Positions 29,736-39,232 of a stretch of 64,000 nt of DNA are shown here, piece after piece. The notes beneath the pieces were generated by a model. It ran no database searches and had not been told where the DNA came from. It saw nothing but the letters and a program-made list of their open reading frames with translations. Within the stretch, counting starts at the first letter, position 1; each line of letters begins with the position of its first letter. The translations under genes and the position numbers were made by a program. This DNA is from Gammaproteobacteria bacterium TMED112 (lineage in GTDB: Bacteria > Pseudomonadota > Gammaproteobacteria > Magnimaribacterales > TMED112), in contig NHFN02000013.1 in NCBI GenBank assembly GCA_002170245.2, positions 698 to 64,697 of the forward strand, given 5' to 3'.

Positions 29736-29953
29736 GGGACTGGATCGTGCCCACAGCCACCCCAAGGGTGACATCTTAATATCCTTCTAAAACCCAGCCA
29801 TCCACCTTTAAGCGGACCGTATTTTTGAATTGCTTCTATGGTGTATTGTGAACAAGTAGGAGTAAAGCGACAACTAGGTCCCAACAAAGGAGATATTAGT
29901 ATTTGATACATTTTTATTGGAATAATAAAAATTAAACTTAAAAAGTTTTTCAT
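29732..29953 (-). CDS. yidD: membrane protein insertion efficiency factor YidD
   Basis: [10 protein letters not shown] motif and [13 protein letters not shown] at the C-terminus. Confidence 0.85.
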   Translation of the reverse strand: MKNFLSLIFIIPIKMYQILISPLLGPSCRFTPTCSQYTIEAIQKYGPLKGGWLGFRRILRCHPWGGCGHDPVP

Positions 29954-31899
29954 AAAATATCTAAAGGATTTTTTGAACCACTAACTATTTCTTTAATAAA
30001 ATCATCTGCACTCATAACAGTATTTTTATCTGAACCAAGCTTTCGAACTGAAACTGTTTTATCTGTAACCTCTTTTTTACCTACAACTACAATATATGGG
30101 ACCTTGTTTAAGCTATGTTCTCGTACTTTATAGCTAATTTGTTCGTTTCTAATATCAATTTCTGTTCTTAATTTATGAGATAAAAGTGTTTTATTTAGCG
30201 CCTCAGCATAATCATTAGCTTCATCAGTAATAGCAGCTATTACAGTTTGTGTAGGTGAGAGCCATAAGGGAAGTTTGCCTTCATAATTTTCCAATAATAT
30301 GCCTATAAATCTCTCAAAAGACCCAAGAGCTGCTCTATGAAGTAATACAGGTGTATGTTTTGATCCATCGACACCTACGTAGGTTGAATCAAATCTTCCT
30401 GGTAAATTAAAGTCAACTTGAAGTGTGCCACATTGCCATTTTCTACCAATTGCGTCTGTAAGGACAAAATCTAATTTAGGACCATAAAAAGCTCCATCTC
30501 CTTCATCAATGAAATATTCCAGTTTTAATTTTTCAATAGCATCTTGCAAAGCCTGCTCCGCTTTATCCCAACTTGCATCAGTACCAATTCTTTTCTCAGG
30601 TCTTGTTGATAATTTAATTTTAAATTCTGTAAATCCTAAGTCTTTATACATTGTAGATAGTAGATCAATAAAACCTTTTGTTTCACTTTCAATCTGATCT
30701 TCTGTGCAGAAAATATGTCCATCGTCTTGAGCAAAACCTCTTACTCGCATCAATCCATGCATTGTTCCAGATGCCTCATACCTGTGACATTTTCCAAATT
30801 CAGAGAGTCTAAATGGTAAGTCTCGATAAGATTTAATACCCTGATTATAGATTTGAACGTGATTAGGGCAGTTCATTGGTTTTAAAGCATTTGTTCTTTT
30901 TTCATTAGCATGTTCTTCATCTATTTCGGTTATAAACATATTTTCTCTATATTTATCCCAATGGCCTGAGGTTTCCCATAATTTTCTATCAACAACTTCA
31001 GGTGTATTAACTTCCCTATAGCCTGCTCTTTTTTGCATTTCTCTTACGTAATACTGTAACTGTGTATATACACTCCAGCCTTTTGGATGCCAAAAAACCA
31101 TACCTGGGGCTTCTTCTTGAAAGTGAAATAGGTTCATTTCTTTACCAAGTTTTCTATGATCAACTTGCTCTGCTTTTTCTAATCTTTCCAAGTAAGCATT
31201 TAATTCTTTTTTTGTTCTCCAAGCTGTTCCGTAAATTCTGGTAAGCATTGGTTTAGTTGAATCTCCGCGCCAGTATGCACCAGAAACTTTAGTTAATTTA
31301 AATTCTCCAATTAAATCTAACTTTGGTAAATGAGGGCCTCGACATAAATCTATAAAACCTGAAGCAATTTGTGTATAAATTTGAAAATTATCATTTTGCT
31401 CTGAGCTGGAGATAATCTCTGCTTTAAACGTTTCATCTTGATCATCAAAAAATGATATTGCTTCATCTTTTGAGTGATAGGATTTCTCTATAGCTGATTT
31501 ATCTTTTAGGATCTGCATCATTTCATTTTCAATTTTTGGTAAATCATCAATAGAAACCGGCTTAGTTGGTAAAAAATCATAATAAAAACCATCTTCTATG
31601 GTAGGCCCAATAGCAAGTTTAGCGTCTGGATAAAGATTTTTTAAAGCACTTGCTAGCACTTGTGCGGTCAATGTATGACGCATGATTTCAAGTCCTTCAA
31701 TAGATTTAATTGTAATAATAGAAACAGTAGCGTTATCTTCAAGTAAATCAGATAGGTCTCTTTGTAAGCCATTGATTTCAATAGCAACAGCATCTTTTGC
31801 CAAGCCAGGACCAATTGATGATGCTAAATCTAGACCTGTACTACCTTTTGGTAGTTCTTTTATTGAACCATCAGGTAATGTAACTTTTATATTTTCCAC
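29950..31899 (-). CDS. thrS: threonine--tRNA ligase
   Basis: TGS domain at the N-terminus, class II core ([17 protein letters not shown]) and an anticodon-binding C-terminus. Length 649 aa. Confidence 0.95.
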   Translation of the reverse strand: MENIKVTLPDGSIKELPKGSTGLDLASSIGPGLAKDAVAIEINGLQRDLSDLLEDNATVSIITIKSIEGLEIMRHTLTAQVLASALKNLYPDAKLAIGPTIEDGFYYDFLPTKPVSIDDLPKIENEMMQILKDKSAIEKSYHSKDEAISFFDDQDETFKAEIISSSEQNDNFQIYTQIASGFIDLCRGPHLPKLDLIGEFKLTKVSGAYWRGDSTKPMLTRIYGTAWRTKKELNAYLERLEKAEQVDHRKLGKEMNLFHFQEEAPGMVFWHPKGWSVYTQLQYYVREMQKRAGYREVNTPEVVDRKLWETSGHWDKYRENMFITEIDEEHANEKRTNALKPMNCPNHVQIYNQGIKSYRDLPFRLSEFGKCHRYEASGTMHGLMRVRGFAQDDGHIFCTEDQIESETKGFIDLLSTMYKDLGFTEFKIKLSTRPEKRIGTDASWDKAEQALQDAIEKLKLEYFIDEGDGAFYGPKLDFVLTDAIGRKWQCGTLQVDFNLPGRFDSTYVGVDGSKHTPVLLHRAALGSFERFIGILLENYEGKLPLWLSPTQTVIAAITDEANDYAEALNKTLLSHKLRTEIDIRNEQISYKVREHSLNKVPYIVVVGKKEVTDKTVSVRKLGSDKNTVMSADDFIKEIVSGSKNPLDIL

Positions 31900-33212
31900 T
31901 CAGTTTTCCCATTTACATCTTTTATAGATACGTTCATTTTACTTAATTTATCTCTTATTTTATCTGCTAAAGCATAATCTCCCTGATTTCTAGCTAGATT
32001 TCTTTCGGATATTAATTTTTCTATTTGTTGAACTGTAATGTCATCGATAGATGTATCTTGAGTAGACCCCTCAAATATATATTTATAGGTAGCTACTTCA
32101 TCAGAATCAAATGTAGCTGATTGAACTAAATCTTGCATAATTCTTATAGCTTTTGGTGTATTTAGGTCATCCAGTAATGCATCTGCTATGTTAGTACCTG
32201 TCACAAACTTAGGTTTTACGTTTTCGTGTTGTTCCAAAAAACTATTAATTTTTTTTGATATTGATTTAGCTTGGTCCAAAAGTTTCTTGCTCCAAGGTAT
32301 GGGTTGTCTGTATTGAGTAGATAAAAGGGCTAAGCGTATATGATTCCCTTGATACTCATTCAATAAATCTTTTATATAAATAACGTTTCCTAATGATTTT
32401 GACATTTTTTCACTCTCTAAATTTAGAAATCCATTATGAAACCAATATTTAGCAAAGTCTGTTGCATTATCTAAACCATTACATGCACATGTTTGAGCAA
32501 TCTCATTTTCGTGATGAGGAAATTTAAGATCATTCCCACCGCCGTGAATATCAAATGGTATATCAAGTGTTATTTCTGACATAACTGAACACTCCAGATG
32601 CCAGCCTGGTCTTCCATAGCCCCAAGGAGAATCCCATCCAGGTTCATCTTCAGCAGATGGTTTCCAAAGAGTAAAGTCATTTTCATTTTCTTTATATGAT
32701 TCAACTTCAACTCGTTTTCCATGTTCCTGTTCCTCTATTTTTCTGCCTGACAAGCAACCATAATTTTTGAATGTACTTACTCGAAATAATACATTTCCTT
32801 TTGCTTCATATGCTTTGTCAAGACTTATTAATTTTTCAATATAAGTAATCATCTCTTTAATGAAATGTGTGGCAAAAGGTTGGATATCAGGTGGGTTAAT
32901 TCCAATTAAACCTATATCTTCCATATAGAGAGCAAAATATTTCATAGTAAGATCATTAATTGATAAATTTTCACGCTTTGAGGCTTCAATTATTTTGTCG
33001 TCAATATCAGTAATATTTGATACGTAAGTAACTTTTGGATAAATACCTTTTAGTACTTTTGATAATAAATCTGCAGCTAGAAATGCTCTTGCATTACCAA
33101 TATGAATTTTGTTATAGACTGTAGGACCACAAGAATAAAATTTGATGTGGTTTGGGTTTAAAGGGATAAATTCCTCTTTTTGTTTAGAGAGGCTGTTATA
33201 TAAATGAATCAT
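31887..33212 (-). CDS. cysS: cysteine--tRNA ligase
   Basis: HIGNAR (HIGH) and KMSKS motifs, plus the GWHLECS zinc site. Confidence 0.95.
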   Translation of the reverse strand: MIHLYNSLSKQKEEFIPLNPNHIKFYSCGPTVYNKIHIGNARAFLAADLLSKVLKGIYPKVTYVSNITDIDDKIIEASKRENLSINDLTMKYFALYMEDIGLIGINPPDIQPFATHFIKEMITYIEKLISLDKAYEAKGNVLFRVSTFKNYGCLSGRKIEEQEHGKRVEVESYKENENDFTLWKPSAEDEPGWDSPWGYGRPGWHLECSVMSEITLDIPFDIHGGGNDLKFPHHENEIAQTCACNGLDNATDFAKYWFHNGFLNLESEKMSKSLGNVIYIKDLLNEYQGNHIRLALLSTQYRQPIPWSKKLLDQAKSISKKINSFLEQHENVKPKFVTGTNIADALLDDLNTPKAIRIMQDLVQSATFDSDEVATYKYIFEGSTQDTSIDDITVQQIEKLISERNLARNQGDYALADKIRDKLSKMNVSIKDVNGKTEWKI

Positions 33213-33644
33213 TTAACTTCTATAAAAACCTGCTGAGTTACTTTCATGTTCAGAAACCTCAACTGACACAACTTCCACGTCCAATTCAGCCAGACTTTGT
33301 TGTATAAATTTAAAAGTTATTTCAGCAAAATACTCGCAACTAATTTTATCCAATACTATAACTTTTGCAGCTACTTTATTTAAGCTCTTTAAAAGATGCA
33401 ACTCAGGATCATCTTTTGCAATTAATAAAGTATGATCAAAATTTTCACTTAACCACTTATCAAGGAATTCAAAATTCCCGAAATCATATACCCAGTTATT
33501 AATATCTAGAGTAGGTGATTCAAGTACAATCTTAAATCCTAGGCTATAACCATGAAGATTTTTACAGTGTGAATCAGCTGACCATTGTCTAAAAGCACAT
33601 GAAAAGCCTCTGCTGTGGCCATAATTTTTTGTTACTCTATACAT
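33213..33644 (-). CDS. queD: 6-carboxytetrahydropterin synthase (PTPS-fold)
   Basis: About 140 aa with a CKNLHGYS (Cx3HGH-like) motif. folE lies nearby. Confidence 0.7.
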   Translation of the reverse strand: MYRVTKNYGHSRGFSCAFRQWSADSHCKNLHGYSLGFKIVLESPTLDINNWVYDFGNFEFLDKWLSENFDHTLLIAKDDPELHLLKSLNKVAAKVIVLDKISCEYFAEITFKFIQQSLAELDVEVVSVEVSEHESNSAGFYRS

Positions 33645-34207
33645 TGTTTTAATTTGTCCATTAAATATCGGAAAGGTAGTCCATTGATGGCTTCAAGGCT
33701 TCCTGTAATTTCTGTAAATAATGTATAACCATTTTTTTCAAACATGTATGAACCACAAGATTGCAAAGGTTTATCTAGCATTACGTAATCCATGATATCT
33801 TTTTCAGTAAGATTTTTCATAGTCATCTTACTTATAATGGTCTCAGATAAAATTGTATTACCTTGTTTAATAAAAACATATGAGCCAATAAGTTCATGAG
33901 TTTTGCCTGCTAATTTAGTTAAATTTTGTATTGCTTTTTCTTTAGTTAGAGGTTTATTGAAAATTTCGTTATTCATGAGGCAGATCTGATCACAACCTAA
34001 GATTAAATTATCATAATCATTCGATAAGCTTAGTGCTTTTTGTTTCGCTAAATGAAGACTTAAATCCTTTGGATTAAGATTAGCTGTTAATTTAAATGAT
34101 TCCTCATCAAATTTATGCTTTGCAATTATGAAAGGGAAATCATACTTGCTAATTATTTTTTTTCTTATATCTGAAGAGGAAGCTAGAACAAGCTCTGATT
34201 GATTCAA
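33632..34207 (-). CDS. maf: Maf-family nucleoside triphosphate pyrophosphatase
   Basis: LASSSDIRKKI N-terminus, a GCDQ segment, and GSYMFE (equivalent to the AYgIQ region). Confidence 0.8.
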   Translation of the reverse strand: MNQSELVLASSSDIRKKIISKYDFPFIIAKHKFDEESFKLTANLNPKDLSLHLAKQKALSLSNDYDNLILGCDQICLMNNEIFNKPLTKEKAIQNLTKLAGKTHELIGSYVFIKQGNTILSETIISKMTMKNLTEKDIMDYVMLDKPLQSCGSYMFEKNGYTLFTEITGSLEAINGLPFRYLMDKLKQCIE

Positions 34208-34786
34208 TTATTTTTTGGGTAGCGTTACAAATGATAAGAATTCATTTCTTGTGACAGCGTTTTCTTTAAAGACACCCTTCATTGCACTTGTAACAGTTGA
34301 TGATTCAGGTTTATGTACACCTCTAGTTGTCATACATTGATGGCTTGCGTCAATAACTACAGCTACACCTTTTGGATCTAGTACTTTTTGTATTACGTTA
34401 GCAATTTGAGATGTCATTGTTTCTTGAGTTTGTAATCTCTTACCAAAAACGTCAACAATCCGTGCAAGCTTACTTATGCCAACAACTCTATTATTTGGTA
34501 TGTAGCCAATATGGGCTTTACCCAGAATAGGTACAATGTGATGTTCACAATGTGATTCAAGGCGTATATCCTTGACTATAACCATTTCATCATAGCCCTC
34601 AACTTCCTCAAAAGTTTTAGTAAGAATTTCTTCAGGATCAAGATTATAGCCTTCAAAGAACTGTTCATAAGCTTTAACAACTCGCTTAGGTGTTTCAACT
34701 AATCCTTCTCTATCCGGGTTATCACCTGCCCATTCTATTAAGGTTTTAACTGCTTTTTCTGCTTGATCTCTTGTTGGTTTACTCAT
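34208..34786 (-). CDS. folE: GTP cyclohydrolase I
   Basis: SHCEHHIVP and QERLT-like RLQTQETMT motifs. Length 192 aa. Confidence 0.9.
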   Translation of the reverse strand: MSKPTRDQAEKAVKTLIEWAGDNPDREGLVETPKRVVKAYEQFFEGYNLDPEEILTKTFEEVEGYDEMVIVKDIRLESHCEHHIVPILGKAHIGYIPNNRVVGISKLARIVDVFGKRLQTQETMTSQIANVIQKVLDPKGVAVVIDASHQCMTTRGVHKPESSTVTSAMKGVFKENAVTRNEFLSFVTLPKK

Positions 34787-34825
34787 TAGGACCTCATTAT
34801 AACTGCAACATTGCTTATTAACTAA

Positions 34826-35788
34826 CTATTTAAGGGGTATTTCGAGTGATTCAAGAACATTCATATTTTCATCTTTGATAAACAGAAGAAGTGAATTTTT
34901 ATGAAACTCAATAATTCCATAATTATTTTGAGTATGAGTATTCCCTAATAATAAAGAATCAGTCTCATAGGATGGGAATAATCCCTTATTTATTGATGAA
35001 GACGTAAATTCATAAATATTTCCGGTTTTATAGAAACCAGCTCTATGTCGATCACCACTGATAATCAAAACATTTGAATCAATACTGTTCAGTAAACTAA
35101 GTAACTTATTTCGTTCATGGGGAAAGTTAGACCATTTTTCGAATCTATGTTCTGTAGCCAATACTTGTATAGATGTTGCAAGGATCACTAAATCATATTC
35201 ACGTGACAGTTCTTTTTCAAGCCATCGCCATTGAGCAGAACCAAGGATAGTAGTATTTAAATTTTTGTGTGGCTTATAAGAATTACCAATTTTAATAAGA
35301 TTACTTCTAAAATAACGTGTATCTAATCCCACAAATAAGACTTTTTTGCCTGAAATTTCTTTTATTTCACTGAAATAAATACCTTCTCGAAATCTTCGAG
35401 GATCATCTTTACTAATATTCCATGCGTCGTTGTATAATTTTTGTGAAATATCTTTAAAAATGTAACTCTCACCACCATCGTTTAAACCATAATCATGATC
35501 ATCCCATATAGCCATTTTTTCTGTATTTTTGAGCCAATTAGGCATTTGTTCATTAAATTTTTTGTAGGATATTTCTATGTTGTCTAGCCTTCCGCTTGGC
35601 ACATCACCATAAATATTGTCGCCAAGGAAAAAGAATGCATCGATTGATTCTTCTTTAAGAGATTTCCAAGCTGGAGTAGGGTAATCTTGATCAATACAGG
35701 AGCCTAATCCTAATTTATAAATAGCATCAGCAAAACTAGCACTAGATAAAAGAAGTAAGAGTAAAATTCTCATGTTTAATTTTAGCAT
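34826..35788 (-). CDS. PhoD-like alkaline phosphatase / metallophosphoesterase, secreted
   Basis: Signal peptide, plus FLGDNIYGD, WDDHDYGLND, and SGDRH motifs. Confidence 0.7.
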   Translation of the reverse strand: MLKLNMRILLLLLLSSASFADAIYKLGLGSCIDQDYPTPAWKSLKEESIDAFFFLGDNIYGDVPSGRLDNIEISYKKFNEQMPNWLKNTEKMAIWDDHDYGLNDGGESYIFKDISQKLYNDAWNISKDDPRRFREGIYFSEIKEISGKKVLFVGLDTRYFRSNLIKIGNSYKPHKNLNTTILGSAQWRWLEKELSREYDLVILATSIQVLATEHRFEKWSNFPHERNKLLSLLNSIDSNVLIISGDRHRAGFYKTGNIYEFTSSSINKGLFPSYETDSLLLGNTHTQNNYGIIEFHKNSLLLFIKDENMNVLESLEIPLK

Positions 35789-35846
35789 GACTATAATGAT
35801 TTATTTAGACAAGAAAACTAAAAGGTTGTATATTATCTAGCTCGTA

Positions 35847-35921
35847 TGCGACCATAGTATAACGGCTATTACGAGGCCTTGCCAAGGCTTAGATTCGAGT
35901 TCGATTCTCGATGGTCGCTCC
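35847..35921 (+). tRNA. tRNA-Gly (anticodon GCC)
   Basis: Cloverleaf folded by hand. Acceptor GCGACCA/TGGTCGC, anticodon stem AGGCC/GGCTT with loop TTGCCAA, T-arm TCGAG-TTCGATT-CTCGA, and an encoded CCA. Confidence 0.9.
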
Positions 35922-35961
35922 ATCAAAAAAAATATGTTTAAATCTAATTTTGGAGTTAATT

Positions 35962-36393
35962 ATGTTAAGACAACTATTTACACTGATTTTATTTATATCT
36001 CTTAATTCATATTCACATTCTGTAAAGGATGGAGATATGGATGGTTCATGGAGAGCAATTGAAGCCTTTATCAATGGCGAAGCTCAAGAAGTTGTTGATG
36101 GATTAATGGTTGCATCAGAAGGTTATGCATCTATAAACTGGACAGCTGGTGATGGTAATAAATACTTTAATTACTCATCTTACGAGGTTGATGGAGGTAT
36201 GGTTAATGTCGAGATCTTAAATCACTCATTGGACCAATACATTGGAGCAAAATTTTCTCATAAACCAAATTTTATGGGCGATAAAAAATCATATATAACA
36301 ACATTTATTTGGGATGATGTCGAATACACACATAGATGGGAAAAAATGAGCTGTTCTTATGAGAAGTGTGCTCGGATTAAGGATTTCAATTAA
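35962..36393 (+). CDS. small secreted protein, function unknown
   Basis: The start is moved to the ATG at 35962, which is preceded by GGAG and gives a clean signal peptide. The longer ORF from 35911 would overlap the tRNA. Confidence 0.5.
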   Translation: MLRQLFTLILFISLNSYSHSVKDGDMDGSWRAIEAFINGEAQEVVDGLMVASEGYASINWTAGDGNKYFNYSSYEVDGGMVNVEILNHSLDQYIGAKFSHKPNFMGDKKSYITTFIWDDVEYTHRWEKMSCSYEKCARIKDFN

Positions 36394-36989
36394 GAAATTA
36401 GTCTAAAAATTATTGAAAAAATAATAATATTCAAAAAAGGAAGAATTAAGATTGAGAAATAGGTTCCTGCCTTTTGAATATCGCCATGCATATTATTTTT
36501 AAATTCCATGAAATTAGTTTTCATGTGATATGCAATTGAATAACCCAGACATAGATCTAAAAAAGGATAATATTCTTGAATTGGTAGAAGATATAAAGCT
36601 GAAATTAAAATAGTTAGAGTAGGAAAAAAATATGGAGATAGTGTAATAGCCCAGTTACTCCCTCCACTATAACGACACATTCCAGCTGCGCCTTGTTCAG
36701 GTGGGTTCATATCTATCTTGATATTTTCTTTAAAAGTAAAAAAACAAAAAATGGCGTGTGTCAGTTCATGCTCAAATATTAAAAATCTGTTTCCATATCT
36801 AAAATCACTTATAAGAAATATTGCAGCACCAATAATATATAAATAACTATTTATATTGGTTAAAGACTGTACGCTCAATAAAAAGTAAAGAAATAAGTCT
36901 TGAGAAAAATAAATAAAAATTATTACAAGCGGCCACTTTAAAAGGTTATTAAGCAAACTATCAAGAAAATTAGAAATAACTCTATTCAT
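36390..36989 (-). CDS. polytopic membrane protein with an HExxH motif (putative zincin-like membrane metallopeptidase)
   Basis: IFEHELTHAIF lies within or next to a TM segment, and there are 5-6 TM helices. Family assignment is tentative (DUF3267-like). Confidence 0.45.
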   Translation of the reverse strand: MNRVISNFLDSLLNNLLKWPLVIIFIYFSQDLFLYFLLSVQSLTNINSYLYIIGAAIFLISDFRYGNRFLIFEHELTHAIFCFFTFKENIKIDMNPPEQGAAGMCRYSGGSNWAITLSPYFFPTLTILISALYLLPIQEYYPFLDLCLGYSIAYHMKTNFMEFKNNMHGDIQKAGTYFSILILPFLNIIIFSIIFRLIS

Positions 36990-37090
36990 TAGATAATTTT
37001 AAAGGAAGTAAATATATATGTAATAAAAAAACATCTATTTATTGGGGTTGTGCAACGTGTTATTATTTTCTTTCAACTACAGGAAAAAAA

Positions 37091-37897
37091 ATGTTTAGGT
37101 TAATTTTTATAGCGATTTTATTCGGCTTAGTTTACGTATTGTGGGATACATCTAAGGTTACAGAAGCAGTTACAGATCTTTCAAATACAACAAATGAAGT
37201 TATAGGTTCAACGAATAATTCAAATACTACATCACAGAGTACGGATAATGCACTTAATGATGATACGGATGCACTCAACCAGAGTGTAAATAATAGAACT
37301 AGAGCAATAAGGGAAGATCCTGTTGCATATGTAAATAATTCACTTGTTAAGCTGAACGAAGGAAAAAAAAGGCTAGAGGATAGGTTATTCGAACAAAAAG
37401 TATTAATAACCCAACTGGAGAGAAGAAAAGATACTGATCAAAAAACTCTAGATAGACATGAGACAAATTTAAGTACATGGAAAAATGCATATCAAAATAA
37501 GGAATTTAACACTGAGGCAGTGCCTTTCAATGAAAAGCAAATTATTCAACTATTAAAAGATACTTACAAAAGAAAACTAGCATTGGAAGCACGTCCAGAA
37601 AAATATGACACTTTTCTACTCAATGGTAAGGGTTTTGTTATAGAACTAGAGAATCATATTGAGAAATTAGACGATCAGATACTTACGCTTGAAATGGATA
37701 AAGGAATGCTTGAAGTCTTGAGTACAACAGAGGGCTTTTATGAAGTGCGAGATATGGTTGATTCTATTCTGGATACAACAAATACGCTTGCAAATTATGG
37801 TGATGAATTAAATGTTGATGCTGCAGCTAATGTGCAGGCTGAAGCTACTTCAAGTGCATCTGATTCACTCGAGGATATTTTAAATAATATCGATTAA
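37091..37897 (+). CDS. membrane-anchored coiled-coil protein 1, function unknown
   Basis: N-terminal TM helix, an S/T/N-rich spacer, long heptad-like helical segments and an acidic tail. Confidence 0.55.
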   Translation: MFRLIFIAILFGLVYVLWDTSKVTEAVTDLSNTTNEVIGSTNNSNTTSQSTDNALNDDTDALNQSVNNRTRAIREDPVAYVNNSLVKLNEGKKRLEDRLFEQKVLITQLERRKDTDQKTLDRHETNLSTWKNAYQNKEFNTEAVPFNEKQIIQLLKDTYKRKLALEARPEKYDTFLLNGKGFVIELENHIEKLDDQILTLEMDKGMLEVLSTTEGFYEVRDMVDSILDTTNTLANYGDELNVDAAANVQAEATSSASDSLEDILNNID

Positions 37898-37916
37898 TTT
37901 TTGAAATTGAGATTGA

Positions 37917-38501
37917 ATGTCTAGTTCAGGCGATAATGAAGGTTGTATAGGAATAATAGCTGTTCTAAGTCTTATATATGGAGCTTTTTACGAAATGCAT
38001 ACCTGGGTTATCAATACTGAAGCAGTAGCAAAAAGAAGCATTTATTATTCACAGACTATCAATGATACCAGTATGTGGTTAAATGACTCTGACAACTATG
38101 TATCTTCATTTAAGAAAAAAAGACAATCAATGGATCAGTTAATTGAAACCACAACCAATAAATATGCTCCATTGTTAAATAAACTGCATATCCGCTTAAT
38201 AAACGAAGAAAAAGATTTAATTAAGAGAATAAATGAATTAGAAGAAACACTTTTGTTGCTGGGAAGAGATACTTTGTCTGATGATCAGCTACTAAAATGG
38301 AAAGCAACATTAATAACTGTTCAAAGCAGTCTAGCAGAGACCAAAAATTTACGAAAAAATTTATATATCGCCAACCAAAAATCTATTCTTATGCCGGATA
38401 GAAGTAATGCTGCTAAAGAGCTTGAATCTTTAATAAAATACGTAGTAGCTTCTACCAGAACTCAACAATTAACACTTGAGAGGGCTCTTTCAGATGGTTA
38501 A
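37917..38501 (+). CDS. membrane-anchored coiled-coil protein 2, function unknown
   Basis: N-terminal TM helix (CIGIIAVLSLIYGAF) followed by a helical domain. Confidence 0.55.
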   Translation: MSSSGDNEGCIGIIAVLSLIYGAFYEMHTWVINTEAVAKRSIYYSQTINDTSMWLNDSDNYVSSFKKKRQSMDQLIETTTNKYAPLLNKLHIRLINEEKDLIKRINELEETLLLLGRDTLSDDQLLKWKATLITVQSSLAETKNLRKNLYIANQKSILMPDRSNAAKELESLIKYVVASTRTQQLTLERALSDG

Positions 38502-39105
38502 CCAAAAATATATTCATTTTGTATTTATTATATTAATTTTAAGTGCATGTACTGATAGAGATTCTATTCCTAGTGCACCTGATAGGTACAGCGAAGTTAA
38601 TTCATTTAGTGATGAAGTTGATCCTGAGGATGCCAAGATTCTCTATGAACAATATTTAAGAGACAGAATGGAACTCGAGGAAGATTATAGAGATCGTTTG
38701 GCTGCATCAAAAATCGCGGAATCAGAAGGGCAAACAAGAAACATTAATCAAGAGGTACAATCTTTTGGAACAGTAAATCTACCAGAATTAATGGATGCTC
38801 TCAAACAGGTTCAAGATGAAGTTAGGAGGCAAAAATTATTTATAGATCAATTATCTAACACCTTAGTAGAACTCGATAGAAACCCCATGGGGGATGAGTC
38901 GATTCAAAGAGCATTAAGCTTTGTTTCGATGTATGAACAAAAATATAGAGAGCTATATATCTCTCTGGAAGAAATTTATCTCACCAGTAAAAAAGTTGAA
39001 CTCCAACCTAATAAAAAGCAACGACAAGAACTTGAACAACAGATTAAAAGTGCGAAATTTTTGGCAACAAGCGTCCAAAGGGACATTGAAGAAGATTTAG
39101 ATTAA
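38494..39105 (+). CDS. coiled-coil lipoprotein 3, function unknown
   Basis: The start at ATG 38494 overlaps the upstream stop (ATGGTTAA). Lipobox LSAC with Thr at +2. Helical, charged domain. Confidence 0.55.
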   Translation: MVNQKYIHFVFIILILSACTDRDSIPSAPDRYSEVNSFSDEVDPEDAKILYEQYLRDRMELEEDYRDRLAASKIAESEGQTRNINQEVQSFGTVNLPELMDALKQVQDEVRRQKLFIDQLSNTLVELDRNPMGDESIQRALSFVSMYEQKYRELYISLEEIYLTSKKVELQPNKKQRQELEQQIKSAKFLATSVQRDIEEDLD

Positions 39106-39109
39106 AAAA

Positions 39110-39232
39110 TTATTTCTGGCGCCAATTTATACGATTTTTTCTATTTGTTTGCTTCTTATTTGCTCTAACATTAAATAGCAAATAACTTGCTCCCAATAAG
39201 CAAATTAGTAACACAAAAAGAACAGTCTCCAT
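39110..39232 (-). CDS. candidate 40-aa single-TM small protein
   Basis: METVLFVLLICLLGASYLLFNVRANKKQTNRKNRINWRQK. Its ATG overlaps the upstream stop (TAATG). Hydrophobic helix plus a basic tail. It falls below the ORF-track cutoff. Confidence 0.3.
   Translation of the reverse strand: METVLFVLLICLLGASYLLFNVRANKKQTNRKNRINWRQK

Noticed and set aside
35911-35961. ORF-track start that makes the 160-aa protein overlap the 3' end of tRNA-Gly(GCC).
   Set aside because: The ATG at 35962, preceded by GGAG, yields a proper signal peptide. Overlap with a tRNA gene is implausible.
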